Below are positions 13,410-29,300 of a stretch of 64,000 bases of DNA, in pieces; position 1 is the stretch's first letter; each line of letters begins with the position of its first letter. The notes beneath the pieces were generated by a model. It was given only the letters and a program-made list of their open reading frames with translations, was not told the DNA's origin and did not search any database. The stretch is from Chrysomallon squamiferum (Eukaryota > Animalia > Mollusca): positions 4,092,001-4,156,000 of the forward strand of contig CM022672.1 of assembly GCA_012295275.1 (NCBI GenBank). The letters are read 5' to 3'. The translations under genes were made by a program, and so were the position numbers.

Positions 13410-15998
13410 ACATAAAAAATAAGAAGTAAATAGATTTTAAAAAAAAAAGAAAAAAAGAAAAATTTTTTTTTTTTAATGCTAAACTAATCTAAAACTTTTT
13501 ATTCTAAAATTAAAATTAAAATCTATTTGAAAGAAATTAAATTTTGAGCCAAAATATTACCTGTTTATTATTAGATTAAAATTCCTATCTGACAGTAACA
13601 TAAAATATGTAGCAAAACATTTCATATCTAAAATGGATGAAAAAACATTGCATTTTTTTTCTTCATTTATTCATGTGTGTGTGTGAATACGTTGTGTTCG
13701 TGTGTGTGTGTGTGTTCGTGTGTGTGTGTGTGTGTGTATGTGTGTGTGTGAGTATATCATAATGTGTTTCCTATGAATTAGGTCTCCCCTGCGGACAGGG
13801 AGCAGAAAAGGGGTCTGGAAGGCCCCAGTGACATGGATGCTGAGATCCGAGGACTACAGAAACAGATTAGCTCACTGTCTCAGGAAAAGGAGGAACTGGT
13901 AAATGTATAAACATTAACTATCGTGAAAATACAACTGTTCATGACTTTTACATCAATGTATGCTAAATTATTTGACTAGTACAATTGATAAATATTATTA
14001 CTATTTAATCTTTATAATAATTTTAAAAAGCCAGACTGGAATATAAATTAATAAATAAATAAATAAACAAAAAGAGAAGTACTATGATTAAAATTCATGC
14101 AGGTGAATCTCCTTATAATACTAGTGACATTTTTGGAAATAAACTGATCAGTAATTCTTTTCTTTTTCACTGAATTGAGACTGCAAGTATTTCTATTATT
14201 CTTGTTTTATGGTTTATGGTTATTAACATCAGTTAAATAGAGTTCTATGGATTTTTGTCGTCAGGTTTACAGTGCTGTTTGTAGTAATGTTGTGTGCAGG
14301 TGTTTAATTCAATTTGTATTTAAAGATAAACTTAACAGCATGTCAACCTACTTTTACAATGGAAAATATTCACTTAGGGAAAAATAATAGACACCATATG
14401 GTTGTTTTTTCAGTTAAGTAAGTTATGTTTTGATACTATTTTATTTCAGATGTCTCTTGTTAAATTGAAAAAATTAGTTTGGATGAATTATAAAAAGTTA
14501 AAGAAAAACAACATCAATAGTTAAAAAAATATATATTTGATGTTAATTTGCAGTATCATATCAGTATTTATTAAGCTTTAAATTTTTTCAGTTTGAATTT
14601 TTCAACAAATATACACATTTTAAAGTAGTGTTCTATAATTTACCAAATGTACATGAAATTGTAGATAAAGGACATAAACAGTTTTGAAGAGAAGAACAAA
14701 GAGCTGATTGAAAAGAACAAGAAGTTTCTGGAGAAGAACAAAGAACTAACTTCTACAGAAAGAAACTTAAAGGACCAAACCCAAATGCTCACTGATGAAA
14801 ATCAGAAACTAGTATGTTTGACATTTTTTGTTATTTCTTATAGTGGTTGTTATTATTATTATTATTTTGTATATTTTGTTTTGTTTTTCTACTGTATAGC
14901 ACAATATATTACAATATAAAATAACAAGATATCTCACAATTAAAGGTAAACATATTTGCTTTTCCTGAAAATTAATGCTCTCATTTGATATGAAATGAAA
15001 TGAAATATTTTTTCAAATGATCTCACAGAAATATTCAATATTTATTTTGTTAAAAGGATTCTATAAAAATAATGACTTTTTTCTCTTCTTTTTTCCCCCC
15101 ACCGTTTATAACCAGAAAGAGCAATGCGAACATTCCAAACGCAAGATAAGCCAACTAACTCGACAGTTGTACAATGCTAAGGGCGAATGCTCCAATCTAG
15201 CATCCCAGCTGGAAGAATGCACTGAGATGAAGCAGAGGATTGCGGAACATGAGAAGACTATTGCTGCTCTCAGGGAATCATGTTCTGTACGCTCACGTTA
15301 TGTGGTTTACTTATTACAGTCATAGATTGTAAAGAAATATGAGTATTTGCTCTCAAGGAAAAATACATTAAAAACAAAAGATAAAATTATTTATAATTAA
15401 AGAATGTGTTTTGTAATACGATATTTGCTACTTGAGACTAATGAAAATGTGCTTGACTGGGCTGTGTCTTGAAAAACTGCCAAAATACATATTTATTTGT
15501 TTGATGTACAGACAGGAAGAACTTTTTTTTTTTTTTTTCCCAAAGCTGTGCCAAGACAATCAGTAATATTTACTGGCAGCAGAAACGTGTTCATCAGAAT
15601 AGTAATTGTCTGTATACTACAAATTCTTATCTATGTTTATGCATAGAATAATTAATGTTGTCTGATCATTTTTTATTTTTTATTTTTTTTGATGGAAAAG
15701 AATTTAAAATAAAATAATAAAAAAATAAATAAAAAAATAAAAAAATAAAATCAAAAGCAAAATTTCTAAACTATAACCCAACAACAATACTAATAACAAT
15801 AATAAAAAAATGTATCACAGAATCAGTATAAAATTAACAACTGCAGTTGTGAAAATGGTTTTATATCTTATTTCTTTACAACTGACATCTCACAACAGTT
15901 AATATACAAAACTGTCAACACCTGATAAACAGTTGAAGAAGAATTTATCATTAGTAACAAAAAATGATTGTCAAATATATATATACACATATACATAC

Positions 15999-16033
<35 letters not shown>

Positions 16034-18081
16034 CATACACATATACATATACATACACACACACCTCTACACTGAAAAATTCATTTTGTTTCAGTTTTTA
16101 ACATTTTAAACAATCTTCTTTACAAAATTTGATTTAGGAGAAGGACAGAAGAATTGAACTGATTCAGCACAGAAAGAAAAGAAGAAGATTACTCAAGTCA
16201 CAAGAAAAAGTATAATAGTTATTTATGGTTTTATATTAATAAATATTATTTTAACTGTAAAATATAGGTTATTGGCATATTACATTTAGATTATTGGAAA
16301 CAAAATTTATTGATTTATTTATATATTTAATTTTTTTTTTTTTTTTTATGCAACAAGTTTAGTGAATACTTCAAGATTATATTATATATGGGTGATTTTG
16401 TTTATAGCAAAATAAAAAGTAATAAGAATATAATGGCTGTTTTCAGTGTACAGGTGTAAAGGAAACATTTTATGGGTATGATGAAGATGACAGGTCTGTG
16501 GATTCAGAAAATTCCCTATCGTCTGTATCTTATGGAACTATACCAGACAATGATCTGTGGGATGAGGTACGACTTTCAGCTGCTTATCACAAAATCACTA
16601 AGATTAAAAAAATCAAATTAAAAAAAGGACTAATATAATTATATTTCTGTTACTCTGTCTTCATTCAAGATATTTAATGACAGTTATAATTAGTGTGATG
16701 TATTTTGCTGATTAACGTATTAAGCTGTACTTTCACAATCCTACATTTAATTCATCTAATTATTCATTAAAAAATAAACTGTTTTCAAATATCATTCAGT
16801 ATTTACAAACTTTAACTAAAATTAGTTAACTGTTAATTGTATTCTTTGAAAGAATGGAACTTGTTTGTTTAAAAATGGTGAAATTTGGTAATAAATAAAG
16901 GCATGATAAAACAGAATCTTCCATGGATGTACTGTTTAATATGTGCTTATGTTTATTTCCCTTTTTCTTTTTTTTTTTTTAAGTTGTCAAGGGAAGAGAT
17001 AAATAAAAATTATCAGAGACTGATGAAGGAGCATCTTGAACTTCAGAAATCATTTACTTTGTTTCAAAGTCACAAATCATCTTTGCTTGATCCACAACGG
17101 GAACAACAAGTAACAGTTTCTTTCTATAATCAGACCTGAATGTTGTAAATGTTATTATTTACACAAAGAAGCTAACTGTCTGAGTTCAGTTCAGTATGAT
17201 AAAAAATGCATTAATTACTGCCTGATTCAAGCAAAAATATTTATATTCCTAAACCAAACAGTTTCAAGATGACTTGGTTAAACTTGAAAAATTGTTTTAT
17301 TATATTAAAAATATATTTCAAAATTATATATATCTATTCTCTTGTAAAAAGAATTAAAATCACATATCATATTGAAATTTTTAACAAGAAAAATTGGGAT
17401 AATCTTTTAACCAATCTTATAAATTATTTTAATATATCTTTATATATAATGTTTTTTGTGTTGAAATAAAATTTACCCCATTTCAAAATCACATACAGCA
17501 GATAAACAACCTGTGATTCCTAAACCTGATGTTTTAGTTTTCTGTGCAATGGTTTATTTATCTACTTTTTTCCTTTTCTTTTCTTTCCCGAATATAAATA
17601 AATGATAAAATATTTTATCATTTTAGATACGAAGTCAGCTGGAATCTGATTTGTTTGAAGCTCACTGCAGAATAGCAGAATTAGAAAACTCTGTGCAAAC
17701 AGAGCAACAGGTGAGATAAGATATTTATATCATGTAGCTGCCATTTTTAGAACTTAAAGTTATCTTTAACCATGTATATACATGAATCATCAAGTGCAGT
17801 ATCAGATTAAACACATTTCTGTTAGATATTCTGTTAGAAGTAAAAAATATCTGTTTTATACTTGAAAATATTTCTATGTTTGTTTATTTGATCAGTTTTA
17901 TACTGAAATGTATCACTGGAGCGAAAATCAAATAGGATTTAAAAGCTATCTCCCCTAGATATGTCACATTTAAAAAAAAAAATATGTGTGTGTGTCTGTA
18001 GATATATAGATATATTGATATGTAAATGTTCTTGTGTTAACATTAAAAACAAAAGTACAGCAGTTCATTGAGTTTTTATTA

Positions 18082-18115
<34 letters not shown>

Positions 18116-21100
18116 ACTGAATAAATAAACTAAAAAGAAAAAGAAGAATAATAATAAAAAAAAAAAGAAAATAAAAAGAAAAAAGAAAAACAATAATATA
18201 AAATTTAATAAAATTTTCCTTATTACATTATTTTCTACTTTGATAGATGGAAGCACAAGAAATGTTATTCCTCACAAATGAAATACTCTTGCAAAAAGTA
18301 AGTTTAGTAATTCTTTATCAAATTGATTTTAGTATTAGTAATTATAAAATAATTAATTATATCATTTGCAAATAATTATGTAACATATACATTTACATGG
18401 ACACATTATATCTTAAATTAAAATATAGCACATTTTGGATTAAACTGTGATTTAAAAATTAAAAAAATATAATACTTTTGACACCATCCTTCAATCTGGT
18501 CAGAGAAAATGAAAACAACTATCTAAAAAATATAATTCAAAACATACTAGTAACATTATTCAGATAGTTTCTATGAATATTATTTTTTTTCTTCACTATT
18601 TATATTTTTAGAACAACACATATGAGACTGAATGTCGGAAACTTAAGGATGAATTATCAAAGTCTAAAGAAAAGATTGAAGATCTTGAGTTTAGACTGTT
18701 AGAATTGGAAGAATGTCAGCAAATGGAGGTGAGACTATCAGATTTGTTTATTAGTTTTGATGTCCTGCTTTGCAAAATGCAATTGTGATCATTTTCTACA
18801 ATGCTATTTATTTTCTTGGAATGGATAAAAATGTTAATTAATACCTGAAATTATTTTAACAAGCTGAAAAATAGTTTAAGATACAAAACCCAGATAAATA
18901 ATTACAAGTAATTTAGCTACACACAACTATTCCAGAAACATTAGCACACTATATTATACAAAAAATATATATTTATGTATTTTTTCACTTCATCATAATA
19001 ACCCCCAGTTAAAACAAATAAAATAATAATTATTAAAACAATAACAAACAAAAAATAATATTTTTAAGAAATACAAAAAATTCAATAAATGAAGACATTT
19101 ATATCCCATAAAGCTGAATTTTATTTTACTATTATAAAACATTTTTATACAGACAATTTATAAGAACCTTTACCATAATCATGTTCTTCATTATTAACAC
19201 AAAAGCCAGCTAGACTAGCTCTTCTTTTCAATATCAACAATATCCCCCTCAAAATAAAATTATATTAATTTTTACACATGGATGTGTAATGCTAAAAGTG
19301 ATATAATCCTCAAATAAAGTTCTTACACAAAATGAAATACTGTCATATTCAAATCAGCCTTTGTTTTTAGAAACCTTGACAAAAAATACAAATAGAATAA
19401 AAAGACTGAGTGATCATAAATGCTTTTAAAAAATATTTCAAGGCAGGAAATCTTTGTTTAATATTTCTATATCATCTCACTTAATTTTAACAAAAATAGA
19501 TTGGAATCATATTCCAAGGTACAATCAGTTATCATTCATTTATTCTTAATTAAAATTTTAATGCTGCAATAAAACAGTTTTTAACCCATATAACTTTCAG
19601 ATTACTATGAAATAAAAATATTTTAAAGTTATTTATGTTTTTATTTAATGTAGCTTTCTTTCTTTTTTTATATTAATTTATTTAATTATTCCTTCTTAAT
19701 TTATCTTTTCTAAATATTTAATAATTTGAACTGTTTTGTTTTCGTTTATAAATTTGTATCAAAGTTATTATTATTATTTATATTTTATATTAAATTAATT
19801 TTGAGAGATGTAGTCACAAGTAAGTGCATTGTTTTATAAATTATTATTTTATTTATTTATTTATTATTTTGTATTTTATTCATTTAGTCATATACATATT
19901 TATAATTTATTTATTATATTTATACATTATATAAATTACAAAATATGAATATTATGCAGAAAATATTCTTTTCTTAAAATACATTATATTTTGGCTTATG
20001 AGAATTTACTCAAACTGAATGAACTTGATTTAACATAAAAATGAAATCAAAAAGATTTATGTGTACAAATGACCCACAGACAGCTGCAGTTATGTCATGC
20101 ATGACTCAACATTCCAGCCTTAGCTTTAACATAAGCTGATATACATTATCAGAGTCAGTAATGCAAACACCTACTCAAAACTAAAACATTTACATTCTTA
20201 ATATGTTGATTAGGTAATTATTTTGATTTACAGTAATTCGGTTAAAGTACGTGCACTTAATCTTCTTCTTTTTTTATAACCAGTATATCTGAGATCATCA
20301 TGTTGCATTGGACATTTTAATCTGAATAATGAGTATATAATTGTGATTCTGTTTATGATTTATTATTAGCTCACAATTATTTATAACTGGATGATACAGT
20401 TTTAAAAAATTATGATCATTAAAAATTTATAAATATTATAATGAAAAACATTTCCTGAAGGAAAAAAAAAATTGTACAGATTTTTAAAAATTCACTTTAA
20501 AATAAAAACATACTGGTTTTTGTTATTGGGGATTTTTTGGAAGGCAAGATAATATATATATATATATATATATACACACACTGTTATGTCAGTTTCAACT
20601 TACTCAATATATTTAAAAATTAAACACCTTCAAAAAAGCCCTTACGGTCAAAATAACACAGGTTTAGCAAGAGATAAGTAATTTCTCTGACTTTGATCTT
20701 ATAGAAGAAGGGTATTTATTTAAAAAAAAAAAAAAAAAAAAAAATTACCCTCACGGAAAGAACAAATTGTTTGACATCCAAAGATAAATAGTGCCCAATG
20801 TCATTGACTCCCAGCACATAATTTCTACATTTTGTAACTTTTGTTTATTTGAAACACATGTGCTTTAATGAAGCTAATATAATTTGACATAATCTGCAGT
20901 AAAGAAATATTTTGTCAATTATAAGATTACCCAAACTTGAGATAAATAAATTAAAAAAACCCATTCAGGGCCTCGCAGATATTGGCCAGAGTTCAGGTCA
21001 ACCTATAAGCTATTCCTTTAGCCTTTAGGCCACAAAGTAGTGATGAGTTATCAATGACATTTCTACCAACTTAACCTGTCACAAAGGAACTGGATGAATG

Positions 21101-22460
21101 TGCATGCAATGACTGTTGTTAGCGAGTGAGAAGGACATACTCCACAGGTTAATTTTTTTTTCAAAATAAGAGCTGAAAATAATCTCTCTTCTAGACACCA
21201 GTATTAGTGTGTTTCTTTTCTTCGCTTGGAATAGTAGTATCACTAGAGTGAACAAGTGATGTAAATCTGCATAGTTGCCATGTGGTTGTGTGTGACGTTA
21301 CTGACCCCATCGCTGCTGTGTGACTGAGATTCATTCGTTGACATCTGGTTACGCCAGACAGCTTTTTCTCTCAACACTGTTTAATACAGTCGTCTGAAAA
21401 ACCAGGTTTGGAATGCTGTGCAGGTTTATCATCATCTTCGTATTGACTACTTGGGTTGATGGCTGCTGAAACAGTTCAACAAGTGGTTCAGTTGAGCAAG
21501 TTATAAACTTTGACAGGTAAATCAACAATATTAATTACCAAATGTCTTCTTATGTGTCTCTTACAGACATGTGTTTAAAAAACACAGTTCAATATAAAGC
21601 CTAGAATCTGTTTGTTTTTCTACTATTATTAAAATTATCAATATGACTTTTTTTTTTTTTTTACTTACACTTTTACTTTGGGGTTTTTAAATTTGAGGCC
21701 CTGACAAGGCTATTACAATACATTAAAATAACCAGTAAATTTTGGTCATGGATTGATTTTGATACAGTTGTTTAATGAATTCGGTGACAGTTAAAACTGA
21801 CATTTTCTTTATGAGGCAAAGGGAAGTCTTCACTATAATAACACTAATACACAATGTCTTAGAACTAAGAATCTCAAAAATTATTGAATTATTATTATTT
21901 ATTTTTTTTGTTGTAAGCATTACAAACGATTATTCCTAAATTATTTCCTGATATGTTTGTTTTTTAGTGAGTCACTAAAACAGTGATATATTAAATAAAT
22001 CATTCTTAAAGTTATTAATTCATACCTTTCATTGTTAAAACAGTTAGAAAACCTGTGTTTGTATACTGAAATTAAATATAATATAATTATGTACTATTTA
22101 CTTTTGTCAGGGCCAACTGTTATGTGAATTTTTAAAAACTATTATTAATTGTGTGTGAATTAAATCTTTGGTTTAAATTATATTTTACAACTAAAATTTA
22201 TGTCAACCATTACTAGTTCATTTGTAATTAAATTTTTGACATTATTATTATTATTACAATAACAACAACAAATGCTGCTACAACCACTACTACTGTTACA
22301 ATTTAATATTTAATGTACCTTTTATTTATTAGTGGTAGCCCTACCTAGGCTATTTTACTTGTTAATTTAATTTTTAAACAACTTTGGTTTAATCCAGTGT
22401 AACAGTACAAAACATAAAGTTAAATTAGTAGTACTACTAGTAGTAGTCGTAGTCGTAGTA

Positions 22461-22514
<54 letters not shown>

Positions 22515-23282
22515 TAAAATACAATTAATTTTAAACTGTTACGTTATATTGAAATAATTAACCCAAAACTAAAAATGAAATTAAGCAAAAGCAGACGATG
22601 TCAGATTAAGTAACACCAGTTCCAAATCATGTTGCCGATATCCTAATATTTTTTTTAATCTTTTACCAATAATTATTGCATGTTGTTATATAATAATATT
22701 TCCCTCTTCTTTGTATTATGTAAAATAAAACAACAAATTTCAAGCATGTGCATTTTCATTCTCGAAAAAACTAGGGTCAAATTAGGTCACTAACCTTGAC
22801 ACCCCACTGTTCAATGGCGAATTGGTTTGTGAAAATGCATCACCTTTCGTTTTTATTTTAACAGAATATTATTGATTAATTATAGCATCATGTCTGGAAT
22901 GCTAAGGTATATAATTCATCACAGTAGTATAGCAAATCTAAATCTAAATAATAAAAAAAAAAAAAAAAAAAAAAATAAAAAAAAAAAAAAAAAAAAAAAG
23001 AAAAGAGGAAACGTTAAAAGTCGGAAAAATCAGTCTATTAAACACTAAAGTTGATGTAAGTGCGTTCTGTTATTTTAGTATCATTATGTCTGTTAATGTA
23101 CTTCTCTTCCATCAGTGTGTAAATCGTACTGTTTATGAATTATTAATGAACTAACTAGTCCTACTGCGAAAATAGTGTATTGTTGTTGTTATTATTGATA
23201 TTAATTTTCTTTTTTTCTTTTTTGAATTTTCTACCTCAAATATTTTGATTTATTATTATTACTATTTTTATTATTATTATTA

Positions 23283-23318
<36 letters not shown>

Positions 23319-26300
23319 GTTTTCATTGTAATGAATTACGAAAGAGTTTGGAAATAGTTAAAACAAGATATAAAACAATGTAAGAAATAAAAACCATAGT
23401 CAATTTTATTAAACTGCAAAATAATATAATTATACAGGTTGTTGTTGTTAATTAAACTGGTGTTTAATAGTCTAATGGATCATATATCTGTCAACACATA
23501 CCATAATGTACTCTCCTCCATAAATATGTCATTACTAACCATGCTGTTTTAATTGTTCTTAAATATTATGACTGAAGAAACAAAAAATCATTTGGGTGTT
23601 ACAATAGGGAAGTTACTTGTTTGTTTATACTTAACACTAACAATGATTAACAATTTTTTTTTATTTTTATTTTTTTTTTTTGGCCATTGTTTTTTATAAG
23701 CTACATTTTGCTCGTTTATTTTAATCCTATTATAAACTTTTTAAAAGCAAATTAGAACTATTTATTCTGCAGAGAAAAAGCTTATGATAAACTTGATCGT
23801 TGCAAACAAACAAGGGTCCAAATCTTCATGAAACTGCAAATGTGTTTAAAAAAAAGCAACCCGTGTTTATGTCAATATATAACCTAAATGCATTTTTTAT
23901 ACCTCCAAATTATTATTTTTTTCTTTCTAAAACAATATTTTTAAAAATGATAGTATGTAACATAAATAATTATAAAAAGTCCTGGGCAGTTGACATGTGT
24001 TAACATTTTCATTCTATTTTTTGCATATTCATGACATTATATTTTCACAGGAATACAAAATAAAAACTTGATAGGTAAAAAATATTGCCAATAATTTATT
24101 TAGTGAAAATTAGTAAGTTGGTAAATCATTTATAAAACTGCTGCAACTTTGTCATATGACATGATATTTCAACATTACTATATGCTACCTTATAGACATA
24201 TTTATTTTTGCTACTTTTAACCTTTAAAAAAACACTTATTCAGTTGTTGTTTTTTTCTTTGTTTTTTTTTCTTCACTTTTCTTCTATAATTTGTTTTCCA
24301 TCAGTTCATTAGAACCTTTTCAAGACTAAGTAATTTCAAATACCAAATACTCTTTTGATTTCTAAAAGCAACTTTACTGTGTTTTTCTTCTTGGTAATTA
24401 TATGTATGTTTCTGATTAAATAAAAAGTATTTTTGAAGTGATTTTCAGTTGGGATATTGAATTTTTAAAATTTAATTTATTTTGCTTTATTTTATTATTA
24501 TTATTATATTTTTAATATCACAGAAAGTGACAGGACTGAAAATATAATTCAAATATTTATTTAATCATAAATTAATTCTTTTTTTTATTTTATTTTACTG
24601 TTGATATCAAGCTATTTTCAGATTTTTTTTTTTTTCATTTGGTCTGGGAAATCTGGAAACAGTTACCTTGGTTACGTATTTTTGCTTTTCTTAACAATAG
24701 TTTCAACTGAAATGACCAAGTTGTACCAAGTTGCTGGTAACAAAACAGGTTTCCATGACATGTTCACCTAACAATAAGGTGGGAAAATGTGTTAGCTGGT
24801 GCATCATATTTATCAACACATAGCTGAACCAATGGTTTTAGCAACACACCCAGAATAGGTCTGTAAAGAAATGTAGCTAGTTTAGATTACATTTTTCTTG
24901 TAGGTTTTGTTACTTGTTGTGGCCAGTTTCTGTTTAGTGTGGAGTTGGAATATACGCCAAGGAATCATATTACAGTTTTTTTATTTTATAAAGTAACATA
25001 GACATTTTACATAAACACATACTGCTCATATTTGTATTTGCAGTATCTACTAAACCTACAGATGGACCATCTTGTATTGACTGCTTTAGTATGTCAGCTT
25101 AGATAGGATAGGATATTTTATAATGGAGCTCTTCTGACAGTTTTCCTGTTTATTAAATTACATCTTCAAGGTATTTTGCTGTAACTTCAGACTGTACAAA
25201 TGTGAATTTTTGTTAAAGTTAAGTTCCATTTTTTGATCCTCTGCAGCTATGCCCCTAACACTGGCTACAAATGTATATATTTTAATTATTATTTTTTCTT
25301 TTTTCTTTACTGTTAAGTGAATGAATGGTTCAATAGAACATTTAAAATGTGCTCACCAATCCAGTCTTAGGCTAATTTGTTGGGGAATATGGTTTGTGTC
25401 CTGAGGCTTTTTTCATTGTGTTAGTATGTTAACATATTAGCTAAAGATAATGTTGCATTCTCACATTTTTAAAATAAGTTTTAAAACTGCTAAGATAAAT
25501 AGTTTTTCTTCTTTAAAAAAAAACTAAGAAAAAGAAAAATCTCTGAAATAAGAGATTTAAATTTATAATAAGTTTTGTGAAGGAATAAGTAAATTAAAAC
25601 TGGTAAGATAAATAGATTTTCTTCTTTTAAAAAAAAACTAAGAAAGAGAAAAATCTCTGAAATAAGAGATTTAAATTTATGAACTATGAAAAGTACATTC
25701 TTTGCAAAAGCTATCAATGAATGTTTTAACATTGTAGAAGTTAAGTAATTTAACATTTCTGAAATACCTGTTAAAGAAATAAGTACATCTCTTAATATTT
25801 TTCAGAGTTTATTTTATGAACAGTATTCAGAAGAAAACAAAATCTCTGTTAAATAGATGATTAGTATTTGACTATTCCACAAGTTAACTAAAAGAAATTG
25901 AATGTTAGTAAATATTTCAAAGATGAAGGATGAATAATTAATCTTTTTTGGATGTAAAATATTAGTGTACTGTCATCTGAACTGAATTGAGTGTAAATAT
26001 CTAAGCTGCATCTATTAAGTGTTAGAATTCTTAATCTTGTACCTTCTCTAGTTTTCTTCTGTACATTTTCTGTTTTATATCCATTAGGGTTATAGAAAGA
26101 ACTGAAGCGATTATATAACAATAACAAAACAAATAACTCTATTCCAGAAAGTGGTAATAGTGTCTATGAAATGATTATAATATGATATGAAAATAAATGG
26201 TAATTTATTAATTGATTATATACAATTATTCTACAGTAGCAAGTGACTATGAAACAAACCAGACTGTCTTACAGTCTCATTGTATTAGCCTAACAACCTA

Positions 26301-29300
26301 GATTTCTGTATTCTAAGCTTAAGACAGATAGAGACGTCAAATAATCGAATGAATTGTTTTTCTGCACCATATCCTTTGAAAGTAAAAAATTTTATCATCT
26401 CAGCTTTTAAGTTATGCCTGTGACTGATATACTCTAATCAACAAATTTTATATAAATATTAAAATGTATATTTGGGACAGAAGACTCATTTTTTGGACAG
26501 TTTGGTTTGATTCTTATTTTTTATTGCATGTAACTGTAACTAAGAGTCAAATAAGTTATGGTATTTGCTTTCCCATCTGTAGAAGAATTCAAATAATAAA
26601 ATAATAATAATAATAATGTTTACTGATGTTTGGGGAAAAGAACCCAGAATGTGACACAGCATGTTTTCTTTCTCATAACATAGTTACAAAATACCTAATA
26701 TTATTATAAAAATAAGTTATTAGTAGAAACAATTGCTTATTCTTTCCCTGTAGAAATCACCTGCCATCTTTCACGTATAGGCTGTTTAAATTACATACAT
26801 CGAGTGTTTGAGAAAATACTGTAAAACAGTTGCTGGGTTGCATATCCAGGAAACTCTTTTTAATTATATCTATATGTATTTCCTTGGTAACCGGTTAACC
26901 ACTTCATTGATTATTGATAAAATGAAACCTGCATGAATATATTCTTGTTTAACTGAAACATCCATGCATACAAATGGCATAGTAAACAAATATGAGTCAT
27001 ATGAGACATACCAAGGATGTCATGATTGTTTAATGGGCATATTTATGACAGAATAAACCATGTGCATACTGAAAAAAAACCTGTAAAAATTTATTTAATC
27101 CTCTTTGGTGTGTATGCATGTTTGTGCTTATTTTTGTATGAAAGTGTATGAATGTACATATATTTACATGTACTCAGTACTTCTAGTTACCAGAATGTTT
27201 CTGTAAATACAAGTGTTTTATATTAAGAAAAGAAAACCTTGACAAAAAAACCCAGTAATAATAATTTTTTTTTAAAAAGCCTCTTAATCATATATGAGAA
27301 TGATGTGACAGATGTTGTGTATATATTTTAAGATAGAAGAAATATTTATAGGTCACATAGACACACCTACAGTTTAGTGTACAGTGTTGAAAATAGCTTT
27401 TGTGTTGTCACTCGGTCATGAGGTGTTCAGAATCATGAATGTGTAGAGCACTGACAGATCTGTGTTTACAACTGGTGAATATTGCTGTCACAGCGTGATC
27501 CAAGGTAATTTCCAGTTGTGTTGCTTATTTACTGTGTCCTGTGGTTGTGACCACTGTTTATTATTATTATTTCCTTATAGTGACCACTGTTTTATCTACT
27601 TCATCTCTAAAAGGTAACTGTCTTTTGCTTGTAAATGTTGTATACATTGATGACTAGTCATAACACAATGTGTAGCTATTGGTAAAAGAACTGGAAAGAT
27701 AATTATTATCATTAAATTACTTAAATCTGAGTAGTTTACATGATGTCTTATAAGTACGAAGATGACATTTATGTTCAAATGACTGGGTGAATGAAAGTAA
27801 TAAATGACACTCTTGTAATATGTTGATGAGTTTTTAAGCTTTGGGCATATTTTTTTGTATATGCAGACAATACAGCTATCCATAAATTATTCATATAATA
27901 ATCAGTAAAACGCATCATGATGTGTGATAAACATTTGTGGAGAACAGGATTTGAATAACTATAGAATAAATATTTCCTTTAGTAATTGTGCATGTCAGGG
28001 ACTTACCCTCTCATTTTGAAATATATCTTGTGTAAACTTTGCATAGACTAAAATAAACACAACATAATGATAAAATAACTTGGGGTCAGAACTGTTAATA
28101 AACATTTGTTAAAACACTTGAGATAACTGCATTATCTTCAGTGTTTCTTGTTTTTATCAACTGAGTATTAGTGATACAGTGACAGAGCTAATAAACTGGC
28201 TAAGCAATAGTTATCATTTTAATACTACTACTATACTGTTTGATTTTTCTTTTCATATGCACTTACCATGACTTTTATAACAGGTTGTGTGGTACAGGCT
28301 GAAAAGGGAAACAGTTCAGATTTTGTAATTAAAAAACAAGCACAGTAATTGCTGAATTATACCTCTGTTCCCAACAATAAAATATGGCAATGATTTATCA
28401 TTACATGGTGATTGTTTAATGTATATAAAAAAGCTTGATAAACTGATAAATACAACAACTTTTCTTATGATTTACTCACTCTTACTTGTTCATCTTCATG
28501 TTTATTGAACCAGCTTAAGACATGTACAGGATGTTAGTAAATGGTGATTCATAGTAAAGGATTCTGTTATTTATAACTCCCAGTATTATTAATAGTAGTT
28601 TTTATTGTATAGTATTGCTATGTGATTTCAGTTTATAATCACTTCATAGAAACTTCCATATGATAAAATTATAAAGAAAACAAATTTATTATTTGGGTCT
28701 CTGTGAAGAATACAAATTTTAATAATATTTAATTTGTTTGATTTAGTTATTTCAAAATAAGGGAATCCTGAGCATCTATGCATTTGTGTGTTTGTATATC
28801 ATTTGTCTCTTTTGATGAATGTCTTTATATTTGTGTTTCTTATTTACCTGTTTATGCACACATTTTGATGTGTTTATGATAGAATTTATGTTAGTTTGAG
28901 ATTCCAAATTTCTTTATTAAAATGAGTAGTCTTTAAAGCCTTCTTAAGTACTGCAAATAAAATATTGGTAAAATTAAATTAATACATCCATAACTTCTTT
29001 AATTCATAATTTCTGTTTTTTCAGTTGTTATTATTATATCAGAAATAGTTACTTATATATATATTTTTTTATGTGAGAAGTAATCATGTTCATTCAAACT
29101 ATCTGCTGTTTTAATTTAGCACTGATATTTTTGTTTTATTTAAAAGAGTGAGCATACAAACTGAGCCAGTTAGTTACCTTGATTGTGTAAAGTTACTTTA
29201 TAATCAAGCCACATTTCTGCTGTGTTCTTAGTGTGTTTACCATTGCCGAGCTTTGGAAAGTGTCATCTGTGTTAGGTTAGGAGTCTGACCTTTCCATGAT

